The notes beneath the pieces were generated by a model, which was not told where the DNA came from, ran no database searches, and was given only the letters and a program-made list of their open reading frames with translations. The translations under genes were made by a program, and so were the position numbers. This document shows positions 37,416-52,600 of a stretch of DNA of 64,000 bases, piece by piece; positions within the stretch are counted from its first letter, which is position 1; each line of letters starts with the position of its first letter. This DNA comes from an uncultured virus (IMG/VR IMGVR_UViG_3300025138_000031) (lineage: Duplodnaviria; Heunggongvirae; Uroviricota; Caudoviricetes). Location: the IMG/VR virus record IMGVR_UViG_3300025138_000031. One strand, 5' to 3'.

Positions 37416-40400
37416 ATGGCAACATACATTAAAGGAGCAGATACATATTTACCAGACATTAAACCGTTTACACCGGATTATAAATTTTTGTCTGCAGTTT
37501 TACAAACTAAAACGGATAAGTATGATGCTAACTTCAAAGCAACTAATGAACTGTATAACAAGGTGGTATATGCAGATCTATCTAGAATGGATAACAAAGA
37601 CAAAAGAGATCAGTATGCAAGTACTATAGCACCAGCTATTGAAAAAATATCTGGTATGGATTTATCTTTACAACAAAATGCAGATAATGCAAAAGGTGTT
37701 TTTGCTCCTTTTTATGAAGATGATTTAATTGTTAAAGATATAGTATATACTTCTAATTATAGAAATGAACAGAAGAAAGCCCAAAGATTTTTGGATATGG
37801 GTACTGAAAAGGCAGTAGATAGATATTCAGCAAGAGGTGTAAAAAGTTTACAGTATCAAATGGATGACTTTATTAATGCTGATGCAGACAAAGCATTAGC
37901 TATGAAGTATCCAAAGTATGTACAGAATGTAAACCTATATAAAATGTCTGAACAAATATTAGGTGAGATGGATCCTCCTTTAAAAATGAAGATGGATCAA
38001 TTTAGTGAAGATGGAAATTTTATAATTACTAATCAAAATGGTGCTCTTATTACTGGGGCAGCTTTACAAGTATTACAACAGACATTACAAAAAGACCCAA
38101 GAGTACAAGCAGCATATGCAGATGATGCCTTTGTTGCAAGTAGAGATTTTGCAGCTGGTGGTATGCAAGCTGGGCAATTTAGTAGTGTAGAGGAAGGTCA
38201 AGATGCTTGGGCTACTGAAACAATAGCTAGAATTAATGAAAGAAATGAACAAGCTATTGTAGATGGTTTAGAACAACAAGCAGCACAGATTAATATTAAT
38301 ACTAATTGGGAAAACTATCAGGGTCAAAATGGGATTGTTCCCGGTTCTGATATGGAAAAAGCATTAGAAGAACAAATGTCTATTGCAGAAGCTACACAAG
38401 CTGCTTTAGATGCTAAGATGAATATTAGAAGAGAAGGTCAACTTCCTACAGATAACTTAGACGGCAACTTAAATAAAGCATATAGAATGCTTATGGGTGC
38501 TAATATACAAACAGATTTAGTAAATGCTGCTGTGTCATATGGTGCCAGAGATCAAGAACATACTTTTAGAGTTAATGAAAGAAAATTGGTTGATGATAAG
38601 TTTAGATATGACATGGCTAAGATTAGAGCTAATGCAGAAAATGACATGGCTTTAGCAAAGTATAAAGCTGATAGAGAAGAAGATTTAGCAGAAAAGAAAG
38701 GTGAGCTAGGTGGGTTAAATAATCCATTAGGTAATGCTCTTACAGATGCTAGGGTTATATTTGGAGATGGAGCTACTATAGACGGAGCAACAGATGAAGA
38801 TGGTGCGTTAGATCCTAATACAGATCTTATTGTAAGAACTAATGAACAATATGTAACTGAAGATAATAAAGTGTTTAATTCTCAGCTAGAAGATAGTTTA
38901 GCTATGATGCAATTGTTAAATCCAACTGGAGATAACTCTAGTCAGGATCAAACATATGGTGTTAAATTACAAGACGGTACAGATTACAGAGGTACTATAG
39001 AACAAATAAGAAAAAAATTAAGTGGTCAAAATGAAGTAGATCCAAATGCTAAAGTAAGTGAGTCAGGAACAGGTGGTGGTCCATCAATATATAGTCAGAG
39101 AAATGCTGTACAAAATTTGTTTACAGGTTTATCTACTAAGTTTAAAGATACAAGACAAAGAACTTTAGATGATCCATCTTTGACTATGGGCTCTGATAAA
39201 AGAAATCAATATGATGCTTTATATGGTAGAATATTTGGAGCTAATGGTACCATAAATAAACAAGCCGGTTTAGATCAATATATGCAAACTGCTTTACAAA
39301 ACCATAGAGATGTATATGAAGTAACATCTAGACAGTTACTAGAAAGTGATGGTGGTGGAAGTATATATAAACAAATGTCTGATGCAGGCTTTCCTCCTAT
39401 TATGAATGAGGATAATACTTTGATGACTTATGAAGACTATCAAGAATTAGTAGTAAAAGGAATTGAATCTGGTAATATTACAAATCCAGATTTAGGAAAC
39501 TGGACTTGGGATACAGGTACTAGTAATGAAGATTACATGATTCAAGAAGAAGAAACAATATATTATGAATATGGTGCAACCACAGAAAAAGTATACAATG
39601 AAGATGGATCTCCAAAAATGATAATTGATATGAGTGCAGTTAAAGATGAGGCTCAAAGATATTATGATGAACAGAGAAACAGATTAAATATAGGACTTAC
39701 TTCTGGTGATTTTGCAAGTGGAGATTTATATGCTACAGCATATGGGCGTAGTGATGCAAAAGGTGTTGATGTTGTAATGAGTCCAACATATGAATATATG
39801 TTAAACCCTCTTTCACCAAACCCAGCAGCAGAAGCTGAGATGGTTCAACTAATACAACAACTAAATGTATTAGATAATGCAGGTAATAAATATGGTGTTA
39901 TACAAGGAGATCTAGATGCATCAAGAGAATTTTTTGGATTAGAGTTTGATGATGTAGGTAGCTATTTACAAAATGATGCTACAGCATTAAAAGCATGGAA
40001 CTTATATAAAGAAGATTTAAACACATGGTATAATAATCCTAAAAGATCAAACACTGATAAGATAGCTCCCGTTGCTACTATACAGTATATGCCTGTAGGT
40101 GGTAAGTCAGATGATCCAAATAAAGAAAATGCTATATATAGAGTTAATTTTGGACCAGAATGGTTAGCAAGTAAAAAGGTTGGTTCTAATTCAGCTAGTG
40201 GTACTAGTGTAGAATTTGGTGCTTTAACTACGGAAGAAATAAATAGCCTAAGTGGTGCTAGTGGTGCATCAGATGGTGTACAAGGTACTGCCGGTATAAG
40301 TTTTATTGTACCTCATGAATTTGATAATAATACAAAAAGTCAGAAAAACCTATACTATTCTAATATAGAAACTGCAATATTAGCTAATGGTAATGGTTAT

Positions 40401-40673
40401 GCTGAATTTGAAATGCCAGAAGGATTATCTCCTACTGGTAAATACAGAGTAATTAAAGCAGGAAATAATCAATATAACTTACATTATTCTATTAACACAT
40501 ATGTACCTGGTGGCTCTTATGTTACAAAAACAGAAACACAACCTATTGATATGCAGTATGGATTAAGAGGTTTAGATAAACGTATTTCTAGTTTTAATCA
40601 ATTTTTAGTAACCAAAAGAGAACAAAATAGATTAGCTAGGGAAAAAGATAATGCTGAAAACGGCCAAAAATAA
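37416..40673 (+). CDS. Cargo/ejection protein (1085 aa)
   Basis: Helical, PFTPDY N-terminus, no Cys; directly upstream of the virion RNAP. Confidence 0.55.
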   Translation: MATYIKGADTYLPDIKPFTPDYKFLSAVLQTKTDKYDANFKATNELYNKVVYADLSRMDNKDKRDQYASTIAPAIEKISGMDLSLQQNADNAKGVFAPFYEDDLIVKDIVYTSNYRNEQKKAQRFLDMGTEKAVDRYSARGVKSLQYQMDDFINADADKALAMKYPKYVQNVNLYKMSEQILGEMDPPLKMKMDQFSEDGNFIITNQNGALITGAALQVLQQTLQKDPRVQAAYADDAFVASRDFAAGGMQAGQFSSVEEGQDAWATETIARINERNEQAIVDGLEQQAAQININTNWENYQGQNGIVPGSDMEKALEEQMSIAEATQAALDAKMNIRREGQLPTDNLDGNLNKAYRMLMGANIQTDLVNAAVSYGARDQEHTFRVNERKLVDDKFRYDMAKIRANAENDMALAKYKADREEDLAEKKGELGGLNNPLGNALTDARVIFGDGATIDGATDEDGALDPNTDLIVRTNEQYVTEDNKVFNSQLEDSLAMMQLLNPTGDNSSQDQTYGVKLQDGTDYRGTIEQIRKKLSGQNEVDPNAKVSESGTGGGPSIYSQRNAVQNLFTGLSTKFKDTRQRTLDDPSLTMGSDKRNQYDALYGRIFGANGTINKQAGLDQYMQTALQNHRDVYEVTSRQLLESDGGGSIYKQMSDAGFPPIMNEDNTLMTYEDYQELVVKGIESGNITNPDLGNWTWDTGTSNEDYMIQEEETIYYEYGATTEKVYNEDGSPKMIIDMSAVKDEAQRYYDEQRNRLNIGLTSGDFASGDLYATAYGRSDAKGVDVVMSPTYEYMLNPLSPNPAAEAEMVQLIQQLNVLDNAGNKYGVIQGDLDASREFFGLEFDDVGSYLQNDATALKAWNLYKEDLNTWYNNPKRSNTDKIAPVATIQYMPVGGKSDDPNKENAIYRVNFGPEWLASKKVGSNSASGTSVEFGALTTEEINSLSGASGASDGVQGTAGISFIVPHEFDNNTKSQKNLYYSNIETAILANGNGYAEFEMPEGLSPTGKYRVIKAGNNQYNLHYSINTYVPGGSYVTKTETQPIDMQYGLRGLDKRISSFNQFLVTKREQNRLAREKDNAENGQK

Positions 40674-40679
40674 TAATAG

Positions 40680-43600
40680 ATGGAGAACCAAAATGACACT
40701 AATCTAAAAGATCAGTCTCTAGCTAGTACTATACAGGAAACACAAAGACCAACTGCTAGTGTAGTACCACCTGGCCAAGACTTTATACCTGTTACAGAGA
40801 TGTTTGAGAATGCGTATACTAGGATTGCAGATATTAATGCTATAGATCCAAGTATAATTTCAGGTGTCAATAGATATAGAAATGAATTAGATGAATATGG
40901 TATACCTGCTCTAGCTAGTTTAGGTGTGGCTAGACCTTCTTTAGCCACTGGTAAATTTGATCCAGTTGCTCAACAGAATCCTCCTGCTAATGATTTTAGT
41001 AAAATACAACAAATATTAAATGAAGATGTTTCTGAGGGACCAGCTGATGATATAGCTGCTCCTAGATTTGTCAATATGAGAAGTTCACAATTTGATAGAT
41101 ATTTTAATAATAGAAAATTTGATGATTTAGGTTTTACTCCTTATAGTAATACAGAAGAATATTACAACCAAAATTCTGATGTATATGATGACATGTCTAG
41201 AATGTGGGGTCAGTATACAAGTTTAGCTGGTTCAGGATTTAGTAGTGTATACAGATCTATAGGAGATTTTTTTGATGGAGATAACTATGCATACGCACCT
41301 GATATTTCTACTGCAATGGAATTTGAAGATGCAATGAGAGTTGGTAATTCTTCAAGAGATGGGGGTATGGCTTGGACCAACAACCTGCTGTTAAACTCTG
41401 CATATACAATGGGTATTATAGGATCTATTGCTGTAGAAGAGTTAGCATTGTTTGCTGCTGCAGGAGTACAAGGTTTTTTAAATCCTGCTTCAGATGCAGT
41501 ATTATTAGCTAGAACTGGAGCAAATATAAAAAGACTAGCCGTTGAAGGAGCAAGAGTATTTAATGTATTTAGAGGGTTGGAAGCTGGTAGAGATATTTAT
41601 AAAACTTTAAAAAGTGCTGAAGCAGCTAAAGACTTTTGGTCTGCTGCTAAAACAGGTGGAAGAGTTTTAGGAAATGCGTTTGCACCTAATACAGTATATG
41701 CTTTAAAGAATTTTAAGACTGCACAAAATGCAACACAAAATGGTATTAACATAGCAAAAGCAGCTAGTACATTTGGTGGTTTTTATAGAGATGTAAGAGC
41801 AATAAATTTAGCATTAGCAGAAAGCAAGTTGGAAGGTGGTATGGTTTACAACCAACTTGTAAGAGATGGTATTAGAATACATGAAGCAAAAACAGGTAGA
41901 CCTGTTACACCTGATCAAATGGCAAAGATTGAATCAGCAGCAAGTAAAGGTTCATTTTATACTACTATGGCCAATGCACCTATTATATATGCTAGTAACT
42001 GGTTTGTACTAGGGAATGCAATGGGTGGGTTTAATAGAACTTTAAGTAGAGTATTTAATGATTCTTATAGAAGAGGTTTTAAAAGTATAGTTCAAACAGG
42101 AGCTACAAGAAATGCTAAGGGTGTATTAAATAAAAATGTATTTGAAAATGTAGGAGCAAATCTAGGTGGTACTTGGAAGAAAGTAAAAGCAGGTGGATGG
42201 AAAGGTTTAGTAGGAAGTGGTGGAGCAGCCATGTTAAGATATGCTGCTGCTAATATAGCAGAAGGTGTACAAGAAGTATCCCAAGAAGCAGTATCTGCAG
42301 CAACTACAGGATACTATAATGAAGTTATGAAAGATCCATTAGCTGGTGGAATGGAACTTAGAAATACTATGATTGCTAATGGTATAGGGTCACAGCTATC
42401 TTCAGAAGGATTTAGTGTATTTATGTCTGGTTTCCTAATGGGTGGTGTAGTACAATTACCACAAAAAATGTTTTTCCAAGGAGTTCCTTCTATATACAAG
42501 TATGGAGCAAACCAAGCAGCTTCTGGTCTAGGAATGGACGGAGGTGTATTTGGTACAAAAGGACAAAATGAAGCTTGGGCTGAATACAAAGAACAAAGAG
42601 ATGAGTTTTTAGCAGATATATTAGAACAACACAATACAGTATGGAATAATCAGATTGATGATCCTACTTCATTGTTTGATGAAACCAAGTTTAATTTCTT
42701 TATGCAGAAGCAAATGGCTGATGGCATGAAAGCTGCCAATGGTCAAGACATGTTTGCTTTTAAAGATGAGCAAGATGCTTCTAAGTTCCAACAAATGTAT
42801 ACTATATTTCAACACGGTACATCACAAATTTACAGGGATCAGTTAACTGACATGTTGAAACTTACTAATGAAGAATTGTATGAGGCATATTCAGGATCAG
42901 CAGGAGTAAAGAAATCTGATATTAAAAATGGAAAGATAAGAGAGCGTTTAACTAATATGGTTGAGGCTATAGATAAACAAGAACAAAACTATCTAGATGA
43001 TGTAGCTAAATTTCCACAACCTTTTGATCCTTCTAAATTTAAAAAAGGCACTCCTGAATTTACACAAGAAGTATTAAGTGCAAATGCATGGAATCATGCT
43101 AGATTCTTGTATATGTTTACCAAAGATGGTTTTACACAAGCATTAGAAAGATCAAATAAGATCTACTCTTTATTAGAGAATGAACCAATCTTTGCAAAAA
43201 TGGAAGCTAAAGACCTTACTGTACTTCTTAGTGCAGAAAGTATAGATGCAGAAATAAAGATGCTTAAAGCTGAGAAACAAGTATTTCAAGATTCTGATCA
43301 AGCACCACAAACTAAACAAATTGCTGAGAAAGCAGAACGTATTGCAAAATTAGAAGCTATTAAAGCTATCTTAACAGATCCTAAATATACTACTAAGTCA
43401 GATGGAAAAAGAAAAGGAACATTTGACAGAAGAAATATTAAAAAATTAAGTCCTGCATTTGCAGCATATGTAAAATATCTTGCAGGAACTCAAGATTCTT
43501 TTGTAAGTGAAGAAAACATTAATAAAGCATTAATAGATATAGTAGATCATATTGCTCTAAAAGAAAGAGCTAAGGTATATGATAAAGCTATAGAGTATTT

Positions 43601-46600
43601 AGGTAACCCAGAAAGATTTGGTGAAATTTTTAATAGACAACTTGAATACAACAAACAATATTTTTCAAAAGTAAAAGAAAACTTTGAAAAACAATTAAAG
43701 AAATATGTAAGTATTCAAGAAGCTAATCAATTGATGAGTGAATTTTTAGCATTAAACCCTTCTGTTTTCTTTGATCCAGAAGAAACAAAAATGTTTTTAG
43801 AAACAAATGATATTAAATATCTTAAAACAGCTTATACTGAAACCAGTCAGGTATCAGGTATTGATTCAGATGGGGCCTTTGTAATTTATGATAAGATTTT
43901 ACATGAACAAATTAAACAGAAGTTAAGAACATATGCTGGGATTCAAGAAGATGTGTTTGAGCAACCAGAAACTAAACCAAAAACAGAAAGTGATTTATCA
44001 AATGAAGCTGCTGCTGATGTAGAAGATACATTAGGTAATATGGGTATTGATGTTGTATTGGATCAACCAAATAATACACCAATGCTTAATGCTCTACTAA
44101 AAAAAGAATATAGAAAGTATCAAGCTACAGCATCTATAATGGGTGATCCAGTAATATCATTTGATAGATGGAGAGATAGTCAAGAAGGTGTAAATTTACA
44201 AAATGGTTTCAATGCATTAAAAAAGATTTGGGCAGCTGGTAAAATGTCTAATAATCCTAGTACTCAAGAAATAGAATATATTAGCCCATTAAGCTCTGAG
44301 CAAGTTATTTCTGAAAAAGGTTTTGAACAATGGGCATTATCAAGAGATACTCAAGAAAGTCCACAAGTAAGAAGAGTGTTAGATCAGCTAGGATTAAAAC
44401 TGTCTGATATATTTGTAAACGTAGATGCAGTTGGTGATAAAGGATCTACTATACCAGGAGATGCAAACAGAAAAGTAATAGAGAAAGGATCTACTGCAGC
44501 ACTTATAAAAATAGACACTGTTGATGTAAATTCAGGAGATAGAGTTTCTCAGTATAAGATTACAGATTTAAACGGAAACAACTTATCCAAAGAGTTATTA
44601 AATTTCTTAGATCAAAAAAACCAAGTACATAGGTTTGGAACATTTACTACATTAGGTAAAGCACTAGCTGCATATAAGATAATAGAAGCAACAGCACCTG
44701 ACACATCAATATTTCCTTTTGATGGAGTAGAGGGTTTAAATCAAGGGATGCTTGTATACAAAGATAATGAACCATTTATTATTTTAAGTAATCCTGGTGA
44801 AGCAGCCAATGGATATTTAAAAATAATTCCTGCTGCATTAAATACACCAAATAAAAAAGAGCTAAAAAGTAATACTATTACTTTACAGCCAGGACAATTT
44901 AAAGGTGTATACACAAAACAAGATTTAGATACTACTAAGTTTAATGCTAATGTAGCACGTATAGATGTTAATGAACCTATTACACCATATAAGGCAGTTA
45001 ATAAAGGTGAAGATAGTGGGTCATTTGGTGAAGCAGAAGCTAGATATAATCTTATTGTTAGCATGTTATCTGCTGATGAATTAGCAAATCTTGAATTTGT
45101 TATTTCAGTTCCAGAAAATAGTGGTGAAGTAAGTGAAAGGCCATTTAGTATAACAGGTAAGGATGGTGTACAATATTTATCTCCTAACCCACTTGTTAAA
45201 CTTGTAAAAAGTAAATACCAAATAGGTATAAGAATTAAGGATGCAGCTATTAATAGTAGATTAATGGATGCATTACTTAAGGTTGGTTTAAAACCAAATA
45301 CAAATGAGGGGAACTTCTTTGCATTTTTAAACAACCAATATGTAGTAATGGAAGATTTACAAGGCAAGCCGGTAGATCCACGTAGTATGTCAGAAAGTCA
45401 AATGCTGAACACTATATATCCAGGAGGTGTACAGAACATGTCTAATAAAGAACTATTAAATTTAGTTCATAACAACTTTGCATTAAATGCTTTAATAGTT
45501 AGTGAGTTAGATGAATTAGGATTAACAACTGAGAGTGGAGAAGTATCATTTATAAATGGTTTTGGTAAGTTTGGTCTTAAGGTTGATGGTGGTAGAGTTG
45601 CTTATCCAGAAAAAGGACAGCAAATATCTAGACCTGTAAATGATTTATTGTATAATGATTCAGATGGAAACGGTGGTATACTTATATATGATTTTAAATA
45701 TGATCCTGATTTAGGGAAAAGAACTGTACAAACAGTAACTAATTTAGAAGGTGATGCACAATCTAAACTTAGAGCTGATGTAAAACAAGGTTTAGGAGAT
45801 AGATATAATGACATGATCACAGGTAGTGATAGATACTATGTTATTATTAAATTACCTAATGGAACCTATGCTCCAGTTAATTTAAAATCTAGAAAGAAAA
45901 CATTAGTGGAAGTTACTAGTTTGTATACTAGGATTATTTCTAGAGCTCAAGATACACTTAAAGATAATAAAAAAGGAGATGTATTATTTAATGAAAAATT
46001 TAATGAAGAGACAAACAATGAGTTGTTTATAAGTAATAAGCCTGGTTATATTATTGATTTAGAAGTTAGTCCATTTGGACAACCACAACTTATATTAAAG
46101 AAAAAATTAGGTAAAGATAATTTTGAAGAAAAAGCTAGAATAGAAATAAGTAAAGATGTAGTAAGAGATGCAAAACTAGGTTCTACAAAAGAAATGCAAA
46201 CTTTATTAGATGACTTTAATAAAGATGAAGCAGTCAGAGCAGAAGGAGTCAAACTTTCACCAGCTAATTTTAGAGAGTCATTTCCTGATGGTGCACCAGT
46301 TGAAACAATACTAGAAAAAAGTAGAACTAATGTTTTACCTAATGTTGTAGAGCAACAAAAATTAAGAGTAACAGGTGATGATGCAGCTATACAGGCTTCT
46401 AAAGATGTTGCATTTATTAGTCCTTTAAAACCAGATGAGGTTAAACCATTAGAGAATCCTACAAATGAAGAATTGGGAGATGATGGAATAAATGGAATAT
46501 CAGATGAATTGTTTGATGAACAATTAGAACGTGAATTTGAAGAATATAGTAATCAGACTTTACAGCCTATAGTTAATAAGATATTAAGGGGATTAGAATT

Positions 46601-49600
46601 AAATGCACGTGAAGAAAATGTATATAAATATTTAGAGTCTAAAATAGAACTTTTAGTTTTAAATCAAGGAGGAAGAGGTAGTAAAGCAGAAGCAACTGAG
46701 GTTTTGGAAAGCCCTTTACAAAGAGCTAAGCAAGAACTAGATGTATATAAAGAAGAGCTACTTGCAGGTGTACTTTTTAAAGATCACGCTAAGACATTAA
46801 AGAATAGTAAAGAGTATCAAAGGTTAGTGAAGAACTATAAGCAGCTTGCAAAAATTGCTAACAAACTTTTAAAACCTAGTCTAACACCATTAGAGGTTGA
46901 AGAGATAAATACATTTATAGATTGGGCTAGAGTTAATTTACCTGATTACATTTCTGTTGAGACTTTAGAAAATCTAAGAGATAACTTCCAGAGTAATAAT
47001 GAGCGTGTAGGTGCATTTATGCTAAATATGAGTGGTATAGGAAATGGTGTACAAGGAACTATATTTACAAAAGCTTTATCTCCATTTAAATACCATGAAG
47101 CTTTTCATGGTGTGTTTAGAATGCTACTATCTCAAGAAGAAATAGTTAAGTTCCGTAACATAGCAAGAAAAGAAGTAAGAGCAAAACTTAGAGCAGAAGG
47201 AAAAAGCTTTAAGAAAGAATTAGGAATATTTAGAAACTCAGCTAGTACCTATACTAACATGAGTGAGAAGGAATTAGAAAATGAATATTATGAGGAATAT
47301 CTTGCAGATGAATTTGAGAAGTTTAAGATGGATCCCAAAAGTTCTAATGTGGATGCTGAAGTTAAGTCTTTCTTCACTAGACTTATGGAATGGCTCAAAT
47401 CTCTATTCAATAATGTTGCACAAGATGAGCTTCAAACCTTATTTAAGAATATTGATACAGGAAAATATCAACAAGCTCAAGTAGCTAAGAATGAGTTTAC
47501 TGCTGCTATGAATGCAGGACCAATTGTAGCTAATGCATTATTGCCTTATAGTAATGAACAAGTAGAAGATGTATCAGGAAATATAAGAACAGGTACTCTT
47601 TATTTAAACAGTGACATATCTAACCCATTAATTGGTAGTATGGCAGCAATGTTTTTAAATAGAGTTAGTGAAATAAAAGGTGCATATAACCCAGCATCTG
47701 TTTTAGAAGTTTTGATGGGTGACTTTCAAAATTTATATCATCCACTAAATCCAGCTAATGAATCTTTAACAGAAGAACAACTTGCTGAATTAAGCATTAT
47801 ACAAGATTCATTTAATATTTATCCTGAAGAAATAACTAAAGCTGTTGTGTCTCAATTAAACACAATAGGAACACAAGTAGAGAATGAACAATTTACTTTA
47901 GATGAATTTGAAGATTCTAGTGGAGTTAGAACAACTTCTCAATATGATAAAGATGCTTCATTGATTGGAGGTTTTAATTCTTTAAGTTCATTTATAAGAG
48001 GTTTTATAGCAACAACAAATCTAGTTGCTGATGATCAAGGTCTTGTCATGGATTTGTATGGTAATACAGAACTTGAAAGTAGTGATGAAAACATTGGTAC
48101 TAAACCACTTATTATTCCGGTAGATGCACAGTATGCTTACAATGCCTTACTAAAGGCTGTTAAAAATACAGAGGACACTAAACAAATTTTAGAACAGATG
48201 TATGCTTTTGGGGTAGATAACCCACATGCAGGTGCTGTAGTAACTAGAATATTAAATAGAGCAGGTATTAGTCCTGAGACATTATTAAGTAAAGATCCTT
48301 TACCAGTTAATTTTGTAATGAAAGATCCAGGATTTTTACAGTCAATAATTAAAGGTTTCCAAAATTATAGAGTAAATTATATATTTAATGAAAGAGATGA
48401 ATATGGTAATATTAGAATATATTCTGCTGCACAAAGAGATGATATTAATGCACAACTAGATAAATGGAATCAAGCATTCATAAGCAAGAAGAAAAGATTT
48501 AATAATGAAAAAGTACAGAACCAAATAGAAGAACTACTTAATGGTTTAAATGATTTATTAACGTCCCAGAAAAAAATAACAAATAAAGCATTATCTGAAA
48601 AGGCTTCTAAATATTCTCTAGATTTATTTAACCTAGTAGGAATAAAACTTAGCCCATTGTATATACGCTTTAGTGCATTAAAGAGCAAACCAACATCTGT
48701 ACTAAATGTATCTCAAGCTAGTCTTGTTAGAAATAATATTGATCAATTAAGTATAAATGAAATAGGTCTTAATCAAACTAGCAAAACAGTTAATGAGTAT
48801 GTTACAACTATAGAAGAGCTTAGGCTTGGTATACAACGTAATGCAAATATTTTTAGTACAGGCAATGATGGTATAGCTTCTAGATTATATGAGCTATCTC
48901 AAAACAATGCAGCATTTGATGAGACAGTAGGTGCTTCAGTATTTAAAAACCCTAATGGTGATTTAGTATTTGCACATCAGTTGCCTACTTATCATTTAAA
49001 ACAAGTTAAGGCATTAAATAATATTAGTACACTAGATAGTTTAAAAGCTACTGATCCATACTTAACTAATAATTACTTACTAAATAGTGCAGCATTTAGA
49101 AACATGTCTAACAAACAAAAGCTGCAGATTTCTAGAATAGCTGGAAGTAAGATTGGTCAAGAATTAAATTCTGAGGCAGATTTAAATGAATTTATAAGTG
49201 GTATTAAGTCTACTCAAACATATGGTGAGTTTACTCCTCAAGAGTTTGCGGTTACAATGATTAATAATTACACTGCATTCTTTAATACAAAAAGTAATAA
49301 AGTAGACAGAGTCTTAGATGCAGAAGGTAATGAAGTAGGGATAGCCCCTATTCTTGTTAGAGTAATGGAAGCTTCTAATACAGGAGACATGCTTGGACTA
49401 CCTGTTATTAAAGCAGTTGAGACAGTAAATGGTGAAGTTAAAATAACTGATACAGCTATTGATATTGTTGTTAATGAAATTGCTACAGAGTTTTCTAGAA
49501 TAAACAGAGAAGCACAACAACTAAATGATGCAGGCAGACAATTAATTAAAGGATACAATGTTAATGAAAATGGAAGAGCCTTTAAAATCAACAACAATAA

Positions 49601-52600
49601 ACTTGCTCTTTCTGAAGAATTAAGAACAAGACTAGAGAGAGTTGCTATTGAACAAGGTAAAGAAGGTAATACAATTACATTACAAAATGCTTTATCTGCA
49701 GCAGACACAAGTATTGGTGCATTAAAAGCAGACATTAGTAAAAGTTTAGAAATTCAGTTTGATGAATTTCAAGACACATTAGATGAACTAAATGTAAGGG
49801 ATCAGTTCTCTAAATATATTAAAGATGGATTAGCTGTTGGACAAGGGGTAGCTAGAAAAGAAACATTAAAATCAGCTAGACTTCTTAATTTAAATTATTT
49901 AGAAGAACACAACCTAAAACAAATATTTATTAATGATTATATTAATACATTATCTATAAATCAAGTTTTATTAGGAGATGAAGCTATGTCTTTAAAGGAT
50001 CCTATTGATCAGGTTAAAAGGGCTAAGATGCAAAATGCAGCATACTATAGTGCATATAGTTCTTTCTCTGCACCTTTACTGGGAGTAGATCACAATGTAG
50101 AAGATATTTCTTTAATTACTTTTGAAGAACCAAAAGGTCAATCAGCTATTACAGGAGAAGATATAGATAGAGCTGATGCCCAAATGTATATAACTACTAA
50201 AGCATTTAGATACATGTGGTTTGGTTTTGGTAAACTTACAAAAGCACAAGCAGAACTAATTGATGCTATTGAGAGTGGTCAGACTTTGCCATTAGGAACT
50301 TATGATCTAGCAAATCAATTGTTTGGTAATGAACAATCTCCAATAGGACTAGTAGATCAACAGGCTATGTTGAATTCTAAGAAACTAGTTTATGGAGATG
50401 GTAAGACATTTTTAAAGATGTCTGCATTTGTGTTGACACCACAATATACTTCAACATTAGATGATCAAGGCAAGTGGGTTGCTAAACCAAATAGAATTGA
50501 GCTACATAATTTAAGAGTTAAACTAGAAGCTATAGAGAACAAAGAAGGTGCACAAACACTTGGTATTGCTGCTCCTGAATCTGCTTCTAAGATGATGAAG
50601 CAAAACATCAATAACATAGAACAACTAGGTAATACAAGAGAATTTACTGAGGAAGTAACAAACCTAGATGCTAGAATGATGGGGTTACAAGTTCTTAATC
50701 CTAGTAATAAACTAGATATAATTGATCCTACACAGATTAAAGAGATATTAACATCTGAACAAGATGATAGTGTTTATGTTGCTGCTTTGGATATGACAAT
50801 TGGAGAAATTAGATCAGCATACAACCAGGCTGTGTCACAAAGAGTTGAGCTTAAATTTAAAGATAGAAGAAACTTAATATTTACTTTAGGGACATCTTAC
50901 GATGAATTAGCTGTATCTAAAGAACAAGGAAAACTTACACCTAATCTTCAAGCATTTTTAAATTATGCAGTTAATAGTTTAAAAGCTTCTCAATCATCAG
51001 AGACCTTATTAGATTTCTTTTCATCAACAGATGGTGTACAGAATTATGATTTAAACAACCCTGTAACAGTAAAGAAATTTGAACAACTATTCTTAAGCTA
51101 CTTTAGTAAGGGTACATTATCAGAACGTGCTCCAGGAGTTTCATTAACTTTGGTTTCTGATTTTGGAAATAAAGTATACAGAAGAGTATATGAAGTAGAT
51201 GCAAACGGAGTACCAGTAAGATCTGAAGTAATTAGAGAAAATGTTTTTGAAAAAAATCCAGAAGCTTTAGTTGAATTAGATTCATTAGTAGAAGGTGATC
51301 ACAATGGTGTGGTAGTACTAGATAGATTAAGAACTGGTTTAATGGGATATACTGATCCTAAAGACAAGTCTACAGCTACAGGAGAAAGATATTCAGAAAT
51401 GATAATGCCAGCTCACTATAAAGATATTATGACTTTAGTTGAAGAGGGTACAATGGAAATGCCTGAAGCTATAAGTAAAATGTTTGCTGTAAGAATACCT
51501 ACACAAGATAATCATTCTGCTATGGCTGTAAGAATGGTTGACTTTATGCCAGCTTATTATGGATCTACTGCAATGTTTTCTCAAGAACTAATAGAAATAT
51601 CAGGTGCAGATTTTGATATAGATAAAGTTTTTGCATTAATTAAAGAGTTTTACGTAAAAGATAATAAGTTTGTAGAGTATAGCCAAGAAGGAAGTTATGA
51701 TGAATACTTCAGATATGTAAGTGAAAGAGTTCTTAAGTCTGGAAATATATATGCAGAAGCAGCTAATTTATGGGTTGATGAACAATCAGAATCCAAAACT
51801 CCTATAACTCTAGCAGAAGAAAACAATGTTACAGATGCAGGTTTAAGTGAAAGGGGTTTACAAGCACTAAAAGTATTAGGTCTTCCTATTACTAAAGCAC
51901 AATACAAACTGTATGTTGCAAAATTTGGTGTTCCTTATGCAGCTCCACTTAACAATAAACTTGTAGATCTTAAGTATGCATTGGTATCTAATACCGGTGT
52001 GACGGAAAGTGAATCAGGAGTTCCTATTTCTTATCAATCAGCTAACCAACAGATAATCACAGATGTGTTAACTGAGTTAGCAAATGAGTCAGATTATTTT
52101 AAGAAAAAAGTAGAAGAAAATGTATCAGATATTAATAATTTAAATGGTAAGATACTTGCTTTTAAAGCTAATAAGGGTGCATCAATTGGTGCATTTGTAT
52201 TGCCTAATTTATATTTAAGTTTATTGACTGAATATAAATCTGAATTGAAATCACCAATTACAGTTAACGGTAAGCCTTATTCTAAATATGGTGTTACAGT
52301 AATGGAGAATGGTGATAGAAAGCAAGATGTTAATTCTTCTTTAGTTACCATGGCAACAGATAATGCTAAAGACCGTAATGTTGGTAAGCTTGGTTTAAAT
52401 AGAAATGCATCAGCTGTATTAATGAATATGGTTGCATTAGGTATTCCACTTAAGACTGCCGTGTTATTAATAAATGTACCAAAAGTTCAAGAGCTTTATA
52501 CAGCAGCTATAAACAAAACAGATATGTTTGATGCTGGTATTATTGCTTTAGTAAAAGCTGAATTAAGTGAGTCAGAACAAAAAGGACAAACTGGTTTGAT

